DNA of 64,000 nucleotides from Candidatus Bathyarchaeia archaeon (GTDB lineage: Archaea; Thermoproteota; Bathyarchaeia; Bathyarchaeales; Bathycorpusculaceae), in assembly GCA_038883775.1 (NCBI GenBank), contig JAVZLM010000001.1, positions 128,001 through 192,000 of the forward strand, given 5' to 3'. The position numbers and the translations under genes are program-made. The number at the start of each line of letters is the position of its first letter. The stretch's first letter is position 1. This document shows, one piece after another, positions 9,872-19,686 of this stretch. Under the pieces are notes generated by a model. The model worked only from the letters and a program-made list of their open reading frames with translations, did no database searches and was not told the origin of the DNA.

Positions 9872-10723
9872 CTATTTTTTAAAGCAGACGGCAGCATACC
9901 CAACTACGCTTGAGTAGTCACCAATTATATCTCCACTGGTTTTATAACATAACACTTTTGCCTCTTTTGCACCCAAAATTTTTGCAGCTGTAATCAAAGA
10001 TGCTATTGGACCATACCCGCAAGCGCTTATGTTATGGGCTTCAACGGTTGAATAAAATTTGGCTTCATCCATGGCTTCCACAGCCTCAAGTGCCAACCTA
10101 TCCTTTTTAGCCGCCCTTTCCCGAGGCTCATAATGGGTCATATCAGAAGAAGCTATAATAACGGCATTTTTCTCAGCCAAAACTTTAGCAACGGCTTTAC
10201 CCACATCCCTTGCTGAGGATAAATCTTGCATCAAAAAACATATGGGAACAATCTTAAATTGTGAACCGTAAAGGTACTGTAAAAAGGGAAGCTGAACTTC
10301 AATGGAATGCTCTAAACGGTGAGCAGATTCATCTACGTCAACTATACGCGATTCACGCACTATCTGTTTGGCGGTTTCGCCATCCACTTCTACATCGCCT
10401 AATGGTGTGCGCCAAACTCCCTCATCCATAACAGCCAAGGCGCTGCCATAACCAGTATGGTTTGGACCAAAAACAACCACAATATCTGGCTTGCCATCCA
10501 AAGCCAACTGATAATAGGCGTGGGTCGCCACGGGACCAGAAAACATGTAGCCAGCGTGGGGACAAACCAAACCTATTATCTTTCTCGGTCCAGCCTCGGC
10601 AACTTCAGGAATTTTTCCTGGTCCAAATTCATGAAGAAAGCAGTTTTCTATTTGTCTTTTTAATGATTCAGTTGTCCCTTCATAGAAGGCTCCTGCTTGG
10701 CATGGACGCCGAATCTTCGCCAT
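9872..10723 (-). CDS. MEMO1/AmmeMemoRadiSam protein B family
   Basis: AGAFY, PHAGY.FSG, GPNHTG, EHSIEVQLPFLQ, ASSDMTHY, CGYGP. Confidence 0.93.
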   Translation of the reverse strand: MAKIRRPCQAGAFYEGTTESLKRQIENCFLHEFGPGKIPEVAEAGPRKIIGLVCPHAGYMFSGPVATHAYYQLALDGKPDIVVVFGPNHTGYGSALAVMDEGVWRTPLGDVEVDGETAKQIVRESRIVDVDESAHRLEHSIEVQLPFLQYLYGSQFKIVPICFLMQDLSSARDVGKAVAKVLAEKNAVIIASSDMTHYEPRERAAKKDRLALEAVEAMDEAKFYSTVEAHNISACGYGPIASLITAAKILGAKEAKVLCYKTSGDIIGDYSSVVGYAAVCFKK

Positions 10724-10727
10724 TCTC

Positions 10728-11414
10728 TTAGGTTTCCTCCTCTTCCTTTGAAATCTTCGCCTCAAAATCTTCAATAGTCAAAGGCAAATCCCTGTTGGGC
10801 GGCAATTCGCCTCTTTCTCGCAATATTTGTCTCGCCAAAAGCCAATAGATAACGGCTAAGGCTCTTCTGCCCTTATTATTTGTTGGTATGACAAAATCTA
10901 CTCCAGAAAATTCGTTATCTGTACTGCATAAGGCGATTACTGGTATCCCTTCTGAGGCTGCTTCCTTAACGGCTTGGGAATCCGCTCTCGGGTCGGAAAC
11001 TATGAGCACTTCTGGTTCTATACGATTTGGATATAGTGGGTTAGATAAAAGTCCTGGAATGAACCGTCCAACCACCGGGGTTGCTCCTGTCACTTGACAG
11101 AATTTGCTGACTGGTTCTTGGGCGTAAAGGCGGGCTGCTGCTGCGGCAATTTTTGATGGCTCAAATCTCGCCAGAAACTTTGCGGCGACTCTTATGCGGT
11201 CGTCTGTTTTTTTAACGTCTAAAACGAATAAGCCGTCTGGTCTGACACGATATATAAATTGCTCCATGTCTCCAGTCTTCATTCTTGTTCCAATGTGTAT
11301 TCCTGCAGATAGCAGTGTGTCCCGCGGCAGCAAAAGTTCTTCTGTTATTTCTGCAGCTTCTTCCTCTTCAAATTTTTCCTTTTTTCCTTCTTTAATTTCT
11401 TCGTCTTCTGACAA
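10728..11414 (-). CDS. rps2: 30S ribosomal protein S2
   Basis: AGIHIGT, GRFIPG, D.QAVKEA, PTNNKGR. Confidence 0.97.
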   Translation of the reverse strand: MSEDEEIKEGKKEKFEEEEAAEITEELLLPRDTLLSAGIHIGTRMKTGDMEQFIYRVRPDGLFVLDVKKTDDRIRVAAKFLARFEPSKIAAAAARLYAQEPVSKFCQVTGATPVVGRFIPGLLSNPLYPNRIEPEVLIVSDPRADSQAVKEAASEGIPVIALCSTDNEFSGVDFVIPTNNKGRRALAVIYWLLARQILRERGELPPNRDLPLTIEDFEAKISKEEEET

Positions 11415-11417
11415 CTT

Positions 11418-12680
11418 TTATCCTCCTTTTAGAATTGGAATGCTTGCCATTTTAGCCCTATCTCCTAAAAACTCCTCTATCCTTATTAACTCATTTATTT
11501 TGGCTATACGAGTTCCTTCAACAATACCACTCTTTATTATTGGGCATCTAAAAGCCACAGCTAAATGGGCAATGTGCCAATCGCATGTGTCCCCTGAACG
11601 GTGCGACATTACTGGCGCGTATCCATTTCTTTTTGCCACCTCAATTGTATCCAAAGCGTCTGTTAGAGTACCTATCTGATTTACCTTAATTATGATGGCA
11701 TTTCCAGCACGCATTTTTATTCCACGGCTTAGCCTCTCACTGTTTGTGGCGAAGAGGTCGTCTCCGCAAATTAGGCAGTTCCGAACTTTTCGAGTTAATT
11801 CTGCAAAGCTTTCGTAGTCCTTTTCATGGAATGGGTCTTCTACGTAGGCTAAATGGTATTTCTTGATTATTTCTAAAATGAATTCTAATTGTTCGCCAGA
11901 ATCCCGTTTTTTGGCTTCTCTGGCGTATACGTAAACTTTTTGTTTTTCATCCCAAATGGAGGATGCCGCAACATCTACTCCAAAACCGCAATTAAAATCT
12001 ACTTCATTGCTGACTTCTTCGCAGGCTTTAGCCAAAATCTCAAGCGCATCTAAATTGTCTATGTTGGCAATCCATGCTCCTTCATCACTTCTTCCGCCAC
12101 CAAAAAGTTTATCCTTCTTTTTGAGGATTGCCCCAGCTTTCTTGTGGATTTTGGCGTTGGCATTTGCAGCTTTAAAGAAGGATTCAGCTCCATAAGGAAG
12201 CGCCAAAAATTCTTGAATATCTGGAGATCTTCCACTTGCGTGTTTTCCGCCGCTTATGGTGTTTCCAAGGGGATAAGGCAGTTCGTTGGCAACTTGTCCG
12301 CCTAAATATTGGAAGAGAAATAAGCCATAAGAGTTTGCGGCTGCTTCGGCATTAGCTAAAGAAATGGCGAATGCTGTGTTTCCACCTATTATTCTGAAAT
12401 CCTTTGAACCATCAATCTCGTGCAGTGTCCTATCTATTTCCTCTTGAAAATCGGCATTCAACCCAACAATTTCTGGAGCAATAACCTCTTCAACTTTCTT
12501 TAATGCTTGGTCCACTCCACCCTGCGGATAATAAACAACTTCAGCTTTTCCACGGCTTTCTCCAGCGGGGGCTGAAGCCCTTCCAAAACCAGAAGTTGTT
12601 ATGACGTCAACTTCTATTGTTTCTTCTCCTCGACTGTTGAAAATTTTTCTTGCAATTACATCCTCAATAACTGTAGACAT
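11418..12680 (-). CDS. eno: Enolase
   Basis: NSRGEETIEVDV, GGKHA, QEF, DEG, EDPF, GDDL, KVNQIG, SHRSG. Confidence 0.95.
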   Translation of the reverse strand: MSTVIEDVIARKIFNSRGEETIEVDVITTSGFGRASAPAGESRGKAEVVYYPQGGVDQALKKVEEVIAPEIVGLNADFQEEIDRTLHEIDGSKDFRIIGGNTAFAISLANAEAAANSYGLFLFQYLGGQVANELPYPLGNTISGGKHASGRSPDIQEFLALPYGAESFFKAANANAKIHKKAGAILKKKDKLFGGGRSDEGAWIANIDNLDALEILAKACEEVSNEVDFNCGFGVDVAASSIWDEKQKVYVYAREAKKRDSGEQLEFILEIIKKYHLAYVEDPFHEKDYESFAELTRKVRNCLICGDDLFATNSERLSRGIKMRAGNAIIIKVNQIGTLTDALDTIEVAKRNGYAPVMSHRSGDTCDWHIAHLAVAFRCPIIKSGIVEGTRIAKINELIRIEEFLGDRAKMASIPILKGG

Positions 12681-12691
12681 CAGCTTTCCTC

Positions 12692-12922
12692 TTAATAGTA
12701 GGCTTTAGCCTCTTTTCTTTTTTCAGCCTCTTCATAAAAGCGTAAAATTTCATCTATAATATCCACATGCGAAAGCAACATCCGTCTACAACAATACCGC
12801 TTAATCCCTAAACTATCCAAAACTTCTGCTGGGTTTTCTCCAGTCTTAACTCTTTTTGCAAACTCTTCCCATAAATCTCCAATTAATTTGCCGCAAGTAA
12901 AACATCTAACAGGAATAATCAT
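12692..12922 (-). CDS. rpoN: RNA polymerase subunit N (Rpo10)
   Basis: [12 protein letters not shown]...RYCCRRM; true start is ATG 12922. Confidence 0.97.
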   Translation of the reverse strand: MIIPVRCFTCGKLIGDLWEEFAKRVKTGENPAEVLDSLGIKRYCCRRMLLSHVDIIDEILRFYEEAEKRKEAKAYY

Positions 12923-12932
12923 TAAACTCACC

Positions 12933-13343
12933 TTATCTATAGCTTTTCTGATCCCTAGCCCGCGCTCCTGGTCCACCAAACTTTTTAGGTTCCTTCCTTC
13001 TCGGGTCTCCAACAACCATTGTTCTGTCATATTCAGTGAATATTGTGCGTAAATGAGTGCTTTTTGTCCATTTTAATAGAGCGTTGGCTATTGCCATTCT
13101 TGCAGCTTCTGCTTGTCCCATGTAGCCTCCTCCAAAAACTTTTATGTCTATGTCCAATTGTTTCCAAACCTCGTCGCCAGCTTGTATAAGGGGTTCCATG
13201 ATTTTTTCTCTGGCGATTTCAGGTTCAAAAATTTCTATTGGAGTTTTGTTTATTCGTATCCTTCCAATTCCTGGCTTGACAACGGCCCTTGCGGTGGCTG
13301 TTTTTCTTTTTCCGCTAACGACTAAAACCTTTTTTGTTGGCAT
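12933..13343 (-). CDS. rps9: 30S ribosomal protein S9
   Basis: [35 protein letters not shown]. Confidence 0.97.
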   Translation of the reverse strand: MPTKKVLVVSGKRKTATARAVVKPGIGRIRINKTPIEIFEPEIAREKIMEPLIQAGDEVWKQLDIDIKVFGGGYMGQAEAARMAIANALLKWTKSTHLRTIFTEYDRTMVVGDPRRKEPKKFGGPGARARDQKSYR

Positions 13344-13345
13344 AA

Positions 13346-13777
13346 CTATTCTACGCTCCATCCTATTTCTTTAGCGAATTCCTCAATTGTAAAGTAGGGG
13401 CATTTTAGTTTTTGAGCTTGTGCTTCTGGTAACGTTTCAGTTTTTTGGTTTTTGAGGTTTTCTGGTATTCCAATAAAAACTTTGAGTCTTTTGTACGCCT
13501 GTTTGCCCTTTGGTTGTTTGTATGGAAGCATTCCCCTAATGGTTCTTCTCACTATTCTGTCAGGTCTCCTATAATGAAATGGTCCCCTCCTTGGGTATCC
13601 GACTTCCAAGAATTCTTTTGCTTCCCTTATTTTGCTCTTTCTTTTCCCAGAAAGCACAGCCTTTTCAGCATTTACAATTATTACCTCTTCGCCGTTCAAC
13701 AGTTTTTTGGCGATTATGCTTGCCATTCTTCCAAGAATGAGTCCTTCAGCATTTATTATGGTGGCTTGTTTTTCCAT
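13346..13777 (-). CDS. rpl13: 50S ribosomal protein L13
   Basis: [21 protein letters not shown]. Confidence 0.97.
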   Translation of the reverse strand: MEKQATIINAEGLILGRMASIIAKKLLNGEEVIIVNAEKAVLSGKRKSKIREAKEFLEVGYPRRGPFHYRRPDRIVRRTIRGMLPYKQPKGKQAYKRLKVFIGIPENLKNQKTETLPEAQAQKLKCPYFTIEEFAKEIGWSVE

Positions 13778-13781
13778 TTTT

Positions 13782-14144
13782 TCACCCAATTATTTTGACA
13801 CCTGAGCCTTTCGGATTTTTTTTTATCAAGTCAAAGTAGGATAGGCATTTACCCTTTGCAGCTTTTATTTTCTCCTTTGCTTTTTCAGAGAAGGCGAAGG
13901 CTGCCACCGTTATTGGATGGTTTAGTTCCCCAGCGCCCAAAACCTTGCCTGGAACCGCCACCACATCGCTTTTCTGCGTGTATCTGTTTAATCGGCTTAT
14001 GTTAACTGCTATGCGTTTTCTTTTTGGTTTAGCTAATTGTTCCGCTATGTCTCGCCAAATGTTAGCTTCGTTTTCTTTACTCGTCTTCTTTAAGAAGTTG
14101 ATGAGTTCTATAAGCTGTGGGTTTGTTGCTTTAATTTTCTTCAC
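13782..14144 (-). CDS. rpl18e: 50S ribosomal protein L18e
   Basis: TNP, VNISRLNR, VPGKVLGAG, FSEKAKEKI. Confidence 0.96.
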   Translation of the reverse strand: MKKIKATNPQLIELINFLKKTSKENEANIWRDIAEQLAKPKRKRIAVNISRLNRYTQKSDVVAVPGKVLGAGELNHPITVAAFAFSEKAKEKIKAAKGKCLSYFDLIKKNPKGSGVKIIG

Positions 14145-14952
14145 TTTTCTCCACCCTAATTTGTTCTTGGAATATGCTGAACTGTTTATCTAAGATTTTG
14201 ATGGCTTCGGTCAATATTCTTTCTGGCGGAAGCGCATTTGTGGATTCGAGACTGAATATAAATGTGTCTTTTTCTTGGTCCACTTTTATTGCTGGCGGAT
14301 TTTGCGGGCAAACTTCGGCACAGTCTTGGCAGAGGGTGCAAGCCATCAAGTTTCGAACTTCTATCCTGCTTTCAGTTTTTGCTAAAACTTTTCTTGGACA
14401 GATTTCCACACATTTTCCGCAAGCATCACATTGCTTACTAATTTCTATTTTTGGAAAATACTTGTATGTGCACATGGAGACGGGTTGCCATTTTGCATGG
14501 TTCTTTCCCTTTCCAAGCCTAGCATATGCCTCAAGCCTTAATTTTTGGCCTTTCGCCAATTTTATGATTGGGATTTGGTCGCTTACGGGCACTATTTCTG
14601 GATTTTCAGATTTTAATTCGCCAGAATAAACAGTTCTAGTTCCCTCTTTTGCTTCCACATCCAATGTGAGCGTGACCCTGCAAAGGTTACATCCGAATTC
14701 ACTTTTGCATGGGCACTCTTCTGGTAAATTGTAACTATCCAAATCAGTTTTCAGTGGTATAAGCCCGAGTCTGTGAGCTATAATCTCGTCTTGCAATATG
14801 GAAGAGTTCTCAATCATTACAACCTCATCTATAGCCATGCATGGAACTTCTGAGATTATCGTCCTTCTTAAGGCATTCATAAACGGAACGTCAACTCCCT
14901 TAATGAGTAAACGCAAATTTTTCTCGTCTTTCTCAAGCACTTCTACTTCCAC
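14131..14952 (-). CDS. rpoD: RNA polymerase subunit D (Rpo3) with ferredoxin-like insert
   Basis: NALRR, HRLGLIPL, HAKWQP; CxxCxxC...CP twice; likely GTG start 14952. Confidence 0.96.
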   Translation of the reverse strand: MEVEVLEKDEKNLRLLIKGVDVPFMNALRRTIISEVPCMAIDEVVMIENSSILQDEIIAHRLGLIPLKTDLDSYNLPEECPCKSEFGCNLCRVTLTLDVEAKEGTRTVYSGELKSENPEIVPVSDQIPIIKLAKGQKLRLEAYARLGKGKNHAKWQPVSMCTYKYFPKIEISKQCDACGKCVEICPRKVLAKTESRIEVRNLMACTLCQDCAEVCPQNPPAIKVDQEKDTFIFSLESTNALPPERILTEAIKILDKQFSIFQEQIRVEKSEEN

Positions 14953-15055
14953 TATTTTAACACTCCAAACTATTTTTGTGATAAGTGTCGTGCCGTTCAA
15001 TAGAATATTAGTGCATTATTTCAATTTTTCCCCAGCAAAAGAACAATAGACTTTG

Positions 15056-15460
15056 TTAGACTCGTCTACCCCTTCTGCCACCTGGTCTCCGTGTGCCATC
15101 ATGTGGGATAGGTGTAACTTCCTCGATTCGCCCTATACGAAAACCAGCCCTTGCTAAAGCTCTTATAGCTGCTTGAGCACCCGGTCCAGGAGTTCTTGGA
15201 CCTGAACCTCCAGGGGCTCTAACTTTTATGTGTATGGCTGTTATTCCCTTGTCTTTGGCTACTTCTGCTGCGGCTGAAGCTGCCCGCATGGCTGCGTATG
15301 GGGAGGACTCCATTCTGTCTGCTTTTACAAACATTCCGCCGGAGGTTCTAGCGATGGTTTCCGCGCCTGAAATGTCTGTTATGTGCACTAATGTGTTGTT
15401 GTAGGAGCTGTATATGTGGACCACAGCCCATCTATCTGTTTTTTTGGCAGCGCTACTCAA
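15056..15460 (-). CDS. rps11: 30S ribosomal protein S11
   Basis: [31 protein letters not shown]. Confidence 0.98.
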   Translation of the reverse strand: MSSAAKKTDRWAVVHIYSSYNNTLVHITDISGAETIARTSGGMFVKADRMESSPYAAMRAASAAAEVAKDKGITAIHIKVRAPGGSGPRTPGPGAQAAIRALARAGFRIGRIEEVTPIPHDGTRRPGGRRGRRV

Positions 15461-15462
15461 TT

Positions 15463-16026
15463 TTATTTCTCCTCTTGTGTTTCAGATTTTGTTCCAGTTG
15501 TGGCTGCCACAGCGATTGTTTGGCGTATTGGATGGTTTGGATTTGCAATGGGGCTTTTTGGTGTATAAGCTATTTGGTTTTCTTCTTCTCTTGTCACCAT
15601 GTACCCGGGCACGGTGACTCTTTGTTTTCCTATGGATATGTGTCCATGGGTTATGAGTTGGCGGGCTTGATGTATGGTTTTTGCGAGTCCTTTTCTGAAA
15701 ACTATTGTTTGTAGCCTGCGTTCAAGAATGTCTTCTACTGTCAAGTCTAAAACGTCGTCTAATACTGCTGTTTCTGGGAGGATGCCAAGTCTTTTGAGGC
15801 GGGTTAGGAGTTCTTTTTCCATTTTTCCACGTTCTTCTGGCGCTTTGCCTATGAGGGAGCGGGCTATTCCTCTAAACTTTGAAAGCATTGTTTCATGGCG
15901 CCACAATTCATGCTTGTTTCTTAAGCCGTATTGACCCAAAAGTTTTAGTTCTTCCTGGAGAACGTCGGTTCTCCATGGAAAACGTGGTTTCTCATACTTT
16001 TTCCTTTGCTTTTTCGGGTCTCCCAC
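15463..16026 (-). CDS. rps4: 30S ribosomal protein S4
   Basis: [30 protein letters not shown]. Confidence 0.98.
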   Translation of the reverse strand: MGDPKKQRKKYEKPRFPWRTDVLQEELKLLGQYGLRNKHELWRHETMLSKFRGIARSLIGKAPEERGKMEKELLTRLKRLGILPETAVLDDVLDLTVEDILERRLQTIVFRKGLAKTIHQARQLITHGHISIGKQRVTVPGYMVTREEENQIAYTPKSPIANPNHPIRQTIAVAATTGTKSETQEEK

Positions 16027-16027
16027 G

Positions 16028-16504
16028 CTATTTACCTTCCTTTCTTACAGCTTCCTTCTTCTTAACGCCCAAGGCTTTTCCAGTTCTTCCTGTGGTTCTG
16101 GTTCTTTGTCCGCGCACCTTTAATCCATAGGAGTGGCGGTATCCCCGCCATGATTTGAGTTCCTTCATTTGTTCTATGTCCATTTTTGTTCTTAGGACGA
16201 GGTCTGCGCTGATGAGGTGCATGTCCTTTCCAGTTTCCAAATCCTTTCTCCTGTTTAAGAGCCAGTTTGGCAATCCAAACCTTGTTGGTTCGTTAATAAT
16301 CTCCTCTATCCTTTCAACTTCTGCTTCTGTTAAAAATCCCGCCCTTATGTCAGGGTTTATTCCCGCCTTTTTTAATATGGCGTTGGCGAGGTTTAGGCTT
16401 ATTCCCTTAATTTTTCTTAAAGCGTAAGGCGCCTTTAGAGTGCCATCTACATCGGTGTCGATTATTCTTAGTATGTGGCGGAATTCCCCTGACATTTGCG
16501 TCAT
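16028..16504 (-). CDS. rps13: 30S ribosomal protein S13
   Basis: IKGI, NRRKD.ETG, RGYRH..GLKVRGQRTRTTGR. Confidence 0.98.
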   Translation of the reverse strand: MTQMSGEFRHILRIIDTDVDGTLKAPYALRKIKGISLNLANAILKKAGINPDIRAGFLTEAEVERIEEIINEPTRFGLPNWLLNRRKDLETGKDMHLISADLVLRTKMDIEQMKELKSWRGYRHSYGLKVRGQRTRTTGRTGKALGVKKKEAVRKEGK

Positions 16505-16545
16505 CCATTATTATACTTAGGCTAACTACGAAATAAGCCATAATT

Positions 16546-16553
16546 TATTTAAA
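16546..16553 (-). promoter_or_regulatory. Candidate TATA box (TTTAAATA) of the rps13 superoperon
   Basis: Consensus-like archaeal TATA about 45 nt upstream of the rps13 ATG, with purine-rich sequence on its 5' side. Confidence 0.5.
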
Positions 16554-16574
16554 CCTTACTAGTCCAGTAACCAA

Positions 16575-16875
16575 TTATATTCTCCTCTCATAAACTACTT
16601 CTGTGGTATCTGACAGTTCAAAACCTAATTTTTCTAATGTGGTCGTTATGGGTTTATAGTTGCATGCGAATCCATAAATCCTTTTGTTTTTCGCACATAA
16701 CAGATACTTCCATCCATTCCGAGTTTCTACTTTTCTCTTTTATCTGATTCTGTTACGAGTCTTGCAACTTTTGCGCCTTTCTTTTTGGCGTTTCGCAAAA
16801 TTTAAAAGTCGTCTCACTGTCGGAGTCTCTGTCTCTTCTTACATAAATTTTTGCTTTTACGGTTTGATTTTGCAT
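16575..16875 (-). pseudogene. Degraded GNAT-like acetyltransferase remnant
   Basis: Fragments in shifting frames: AKKKGAKVARLVTESD and ...KPITTTLEKLGFE...VVYERRI*; no intact ORF. Confidence 0.35.
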
Positions 16876-16966
16876 GCCGTTATTAAAAATTGCAGGGAGA
16901 ATAAAAGATTTTGCGTTAAAGTTAAGAACTTAACTCAATTTTGTTTCTATTTAAGGAGATATGCGC

Positions 16967-17167
16967 ATGCCAGTTGTTCATGTGAACGTTTGGGAAGGAT
17001 TCGGTAAAGAAAAAGCGAAAACTCTAATACGAAACATAACAAAGGTCTTTGAAGACTTAGGTATACCGAGGCAAGCTGTGGAAGTTTTAGTGTATGAAAT
17101 TCCAAAATCTCATTGGGGAATTGGCGGAGAAGCAGCCTCAGAAAAATTTCCAGAAAAACAAAAATAA
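16967..17167 (+). CDS. 4-oxalocrotonate tautomerase family protein
   Basis: N-terminal Pro1 (MPVVHV), about 66 aa, E.P..HWGIGG motif. Confidence 0.9.
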   Translation: MPVVHVNVWEGFGKEKAKTLIRNITKVFEDLGIPRQAVEVLVYEIPKSHWGIGGEAASEKFPEKQK

Positions 17168-17275
17168 CCGCTAATGAAAGCCAATAATCTCCCAAATTTT
17201 TATGAAAAGTGAATAGCTTAAATCATATAAAAAATAAACCGATGTTTCTCCTGAAACACTTTAGTTTATAATAAG

Positions 17276-17350
17276 TGGACCGGGGGGGATTTGAACCCCC
17301 GACCTCCTGAGTGCAAGTCAGGCGTTCATACCAAACTGAACTACCGGCCC
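17276..17350 (-). tRNA. tRNA-Ala(UGC)
   Basis: GGGCCGG...CCGGTCC-A acceptor stem with G3:U70; CCTGA-CT TGC AC-TCAGG anticodon arm; GGTTCAAATCC T-arm. Confidence 0.97.
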
Positions 17351-17490
17351 ACAAATTTTCACTAATGGAGCCATTATTTAGGAGTTTTGGGTCAAAATAG
17401 CATGACCCATTTAGATCGAAATTACGTGCTTGTTCATTAAATGAGATGGAAGTTGAAAATGTCTTGTAAAGTCTTATATGCATGGGATCA

Positions 17491-17817
17491 TTATTCGGAG
17501 TATTGTTGTCCATAGTAGCTTGCTATTGTGACTAGGTCGTAAATGTCTATGCGATTCCATGGTGGAGCGTAATTAACGTTTGGGTTCCAGTTCAGCTCAT
17601 CTTCTCTGGAATCATATATTGAGGTTGCTAATATTATGTCGAAAATGTCCACCTTTCCATCACAGTTCACATCGGCATCAGGCGGGTTTATGCTTCCATC
17701 AGCTTTTATATAGACTGTCCCAGTCCATTCACTTCTAATTAGTTTAATTTCGATAGTCAATGCTAGCAAACCTATAAAAAGTAGTAGAAACATAATTCCA
17801 GAAGCAATTCTTTTCAA
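17491..17817 (-). CDS. Small secreted dockerin-like domain protein
   Basis: Signal peptide, short VYIKADGSINPP segment, then DVNCDGKVDIFDI...WNPN...IDIYDL duplicated dockerin-type loops. Confidence 0.7.
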   Translation of the reverse strand: MKRIASGIMFLLLFIGLLALTIEIKLIRSEWTGTVYIKADGSINPPDADVNCDGKVDIFDIILATSIYDSREDELNWNPNVNYAPPWNRIDIYDLVTIASYYGQQYSE

Positions 17818-17888
17818 TGACCTTTCCCTTCTCCTAATAATTTACTTCTCAGTTAAAAATATATTTTTTATGGAAACCTTTGCCTCGT

Positions 17889-19547
17889 TCATGTTTTAAT
17901 TTTGCTAAGGCGATTTGATCGGTGCTGGAGAACTTTTCCAGGGAAAATTCCTCGGTGCTTCCCTTTTTCAATCACCACCTCTCCGTTAACTATTACATAT
18001 TCTATACCTTCTGGGTATTTGTGTGGATAGTTTTTAAGAGGGAAACTATAGGGAAATCGGCTCGTTGCCCTATCTTTGATTGCGTCAAAATTAAATATGA
18101 CAATATCAGCCCACATGCCTTCCCTCAATAATCCCCTGTCTCTTAAACCTAATTTCTGAGCAGGAAAAGATGTCATTTTTCTAATAGCCTCCTGAAGCGT
18201 TATAACTTTCTCCTCTCTAACGTATTTCTCTAAAATGTATGGATACTCACCATAGCTGCAAGGCGAATATCCTTTAATTTTTCCAAGTACACCATGTCTA
18301 GATGAAACTGCACCATCGCTGCAAACCATCATTAAAGGATGCCGGAGCAAAGTCCGTATATCTTCCTCCTCAATATAATCAAAAAGAGCACTCACATCGC
18401 ATTCTTCCTCGATTATTAAATCAAAAAAAATGTCAAAGGCATCTTTATTCTTAATCCTTGAAATTTCTTCAAGGCTTTTACCTATCAAATTTCTATTTCT
18501 CTTACAATGAAATAGAACAATTCTATCCCAACGTTGGTGTTTTACGAGTCCCACATATCCGGGTCCTGGATATCTATCTTCAATTATTTCCTTTCTAATT
18601 CTTTCTCGAGTATCTGGGTCTTGCAATCTTTCCACTATTTTTTTCTTTCCGCCTACTTGCGCCCATTGTGGAAGTGCTTGAGTGAGTCTAGGGTTAAGAT
18701 CTGTATGTGCATCATTGTCTAATGTAACGTCAACGCCTCGGGCTCTTGCCTTCTCATAAATCTCAAACATTTCTTTAAGTTTCCCGTGACCTCCATATTT
18801 TGGACAATTGTGGGATACTTGCACCGGTACGCCTGCTTGCTCACCTATCTCAATCGCCTCTTTCAGTGCATCTACTATTGTTTCCCGCTCACCCCTTATG
18901 TGAGATGTGTAAAAACCTCCATATCGAGCTACTACTTTACAAAGTTCAATTAATTCTCTTGTTTCAGCAAAACAACCTGGTGGATATACGAGACCACTCG
19001 ATAAGCCGAAAGCTCCAGCCTCCATAGACTCTGCAACCAGATTTTTCATTTCCTCAAGTTCTTTTTCGGTTGGTTGTCTATTCTCAGCTCCTATAACCGC
19101 GGTTCTAACCGTGCCATGTCCTACAAGAGAAGCGACATTAGTGGATATTCCACGCCTCAATTGATTCAAGTATTCATCAAATGTGGTCCAATTCCATTTA
19201 ACTTTTTCAGCGGTCGAACCCCATTGATCTTTAAGCAAATTTAATGTGCGTTTATTTACCGGTGCAGCGCTTAAGCCACAATTGCCAATAACTTCTGTTG
19301 TGACTCCCTGTCTAATTTTACTCTCGGCACGCGGCTCTATTAAAAGCGTAAGATCAGAATGTGTATGAATGTCTATGAAACCTGGAGAAACTATCAATCC
19401 TTTCACGTTTAAAACTTTTTCAGCTTTAGCATCAATTTCAGTGTTAATTTCTACTATTTTTCCGTTTGAAACTCCGATATCCGCCTTAAACCACGGATTT
19501 CCTGCACCATCAATGACGAAACCGTTTTTTATAAGTAAATCAAACAT
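17889..19547 (-). CDS. N-acyl-D-amino-acid deacylase (D-aminoacylase family amidohydrolase)
   Basis: MFDLLIKNG.VIDG.G, PGFIDIHTHSD, GVTTEV.GNCG, SHIRGE, SDG, G..ADIVIF. Confidence 0.92.
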   Translation of the reverse strand: MFDLLIKNGFVIDGAGNPWFKADIGVSNGKIVEINTEIDAKAEKVLNVKGLIVSPGFIDIHTHSDLTLLIEPRAESKIRQGVTTEVIGNCGLSAAPVNKRTLNLLKDQWGSTAEKVKWNWTTFDEYLNQLRRGISTNVASLVGHGTVRTAVIGAENRQPTEKELEEMKNLVAESMEAGAFGLSSGLVYPPGCFAETRELIELCKVVARYGGFYTSHIRGERETIVDALKEAIEIGEQAGVPVQVSHNCPKYGGHGKLKEMFEIYEKARARGVDVTLDNDAHTDLNPRLTQALPQWAQVGGKKKIVERLQDPDTRERIRKEIIEDRYPGPGYVGLVKHQRWDRIVLFHCKRNRNLIGKSLEEISRIKNKDAFDIFFDLIIEEECDVSALFDYIEEEDIRTLLRHPLMMVCSDGAVSSRHGVLGKIKGYSPCSYGEYPYILEKYVREEKVITLQEAIRKMTSFPAQKLGLRDRGLLREGMWADIVIFNFDAIKDRATSRFPYSFPLKNYPHKYPEGIEYVIVNGEVVIEKGKHRGIFPGKVLQHRSNRLSKIKT

Positions 19548-19686
19548 ATGGAACCCTTCATGTGCTATCAAATCATATTCTTTAAATATTTTTCGAACAA
19601 TGATTGAGAACTTTATCTTATGGCGAAAAAGATTTAGAGTTGCAAATGTTTGTAAATTACCCTTTAACAGGAGAAAACGATGTGAA

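Noticed and set aside
14131-14952. Fe-S motifs in RpoD as a novelty
   Set aside because: Well known in many archaeal Rpo3 subunits
530-16427. Numerous 60-160 aa ORFs antisense to housekeeping genes
   Set aside because: No motifs, and they overlap confidently assigned genes on the other strand
17223-17513. 96-aa ORF across tRNA-Ala (similarly 27300-27728 overlapping tRNA-Arg and mdh)
   Set aside because: Translations of tRNA or antisense sequence
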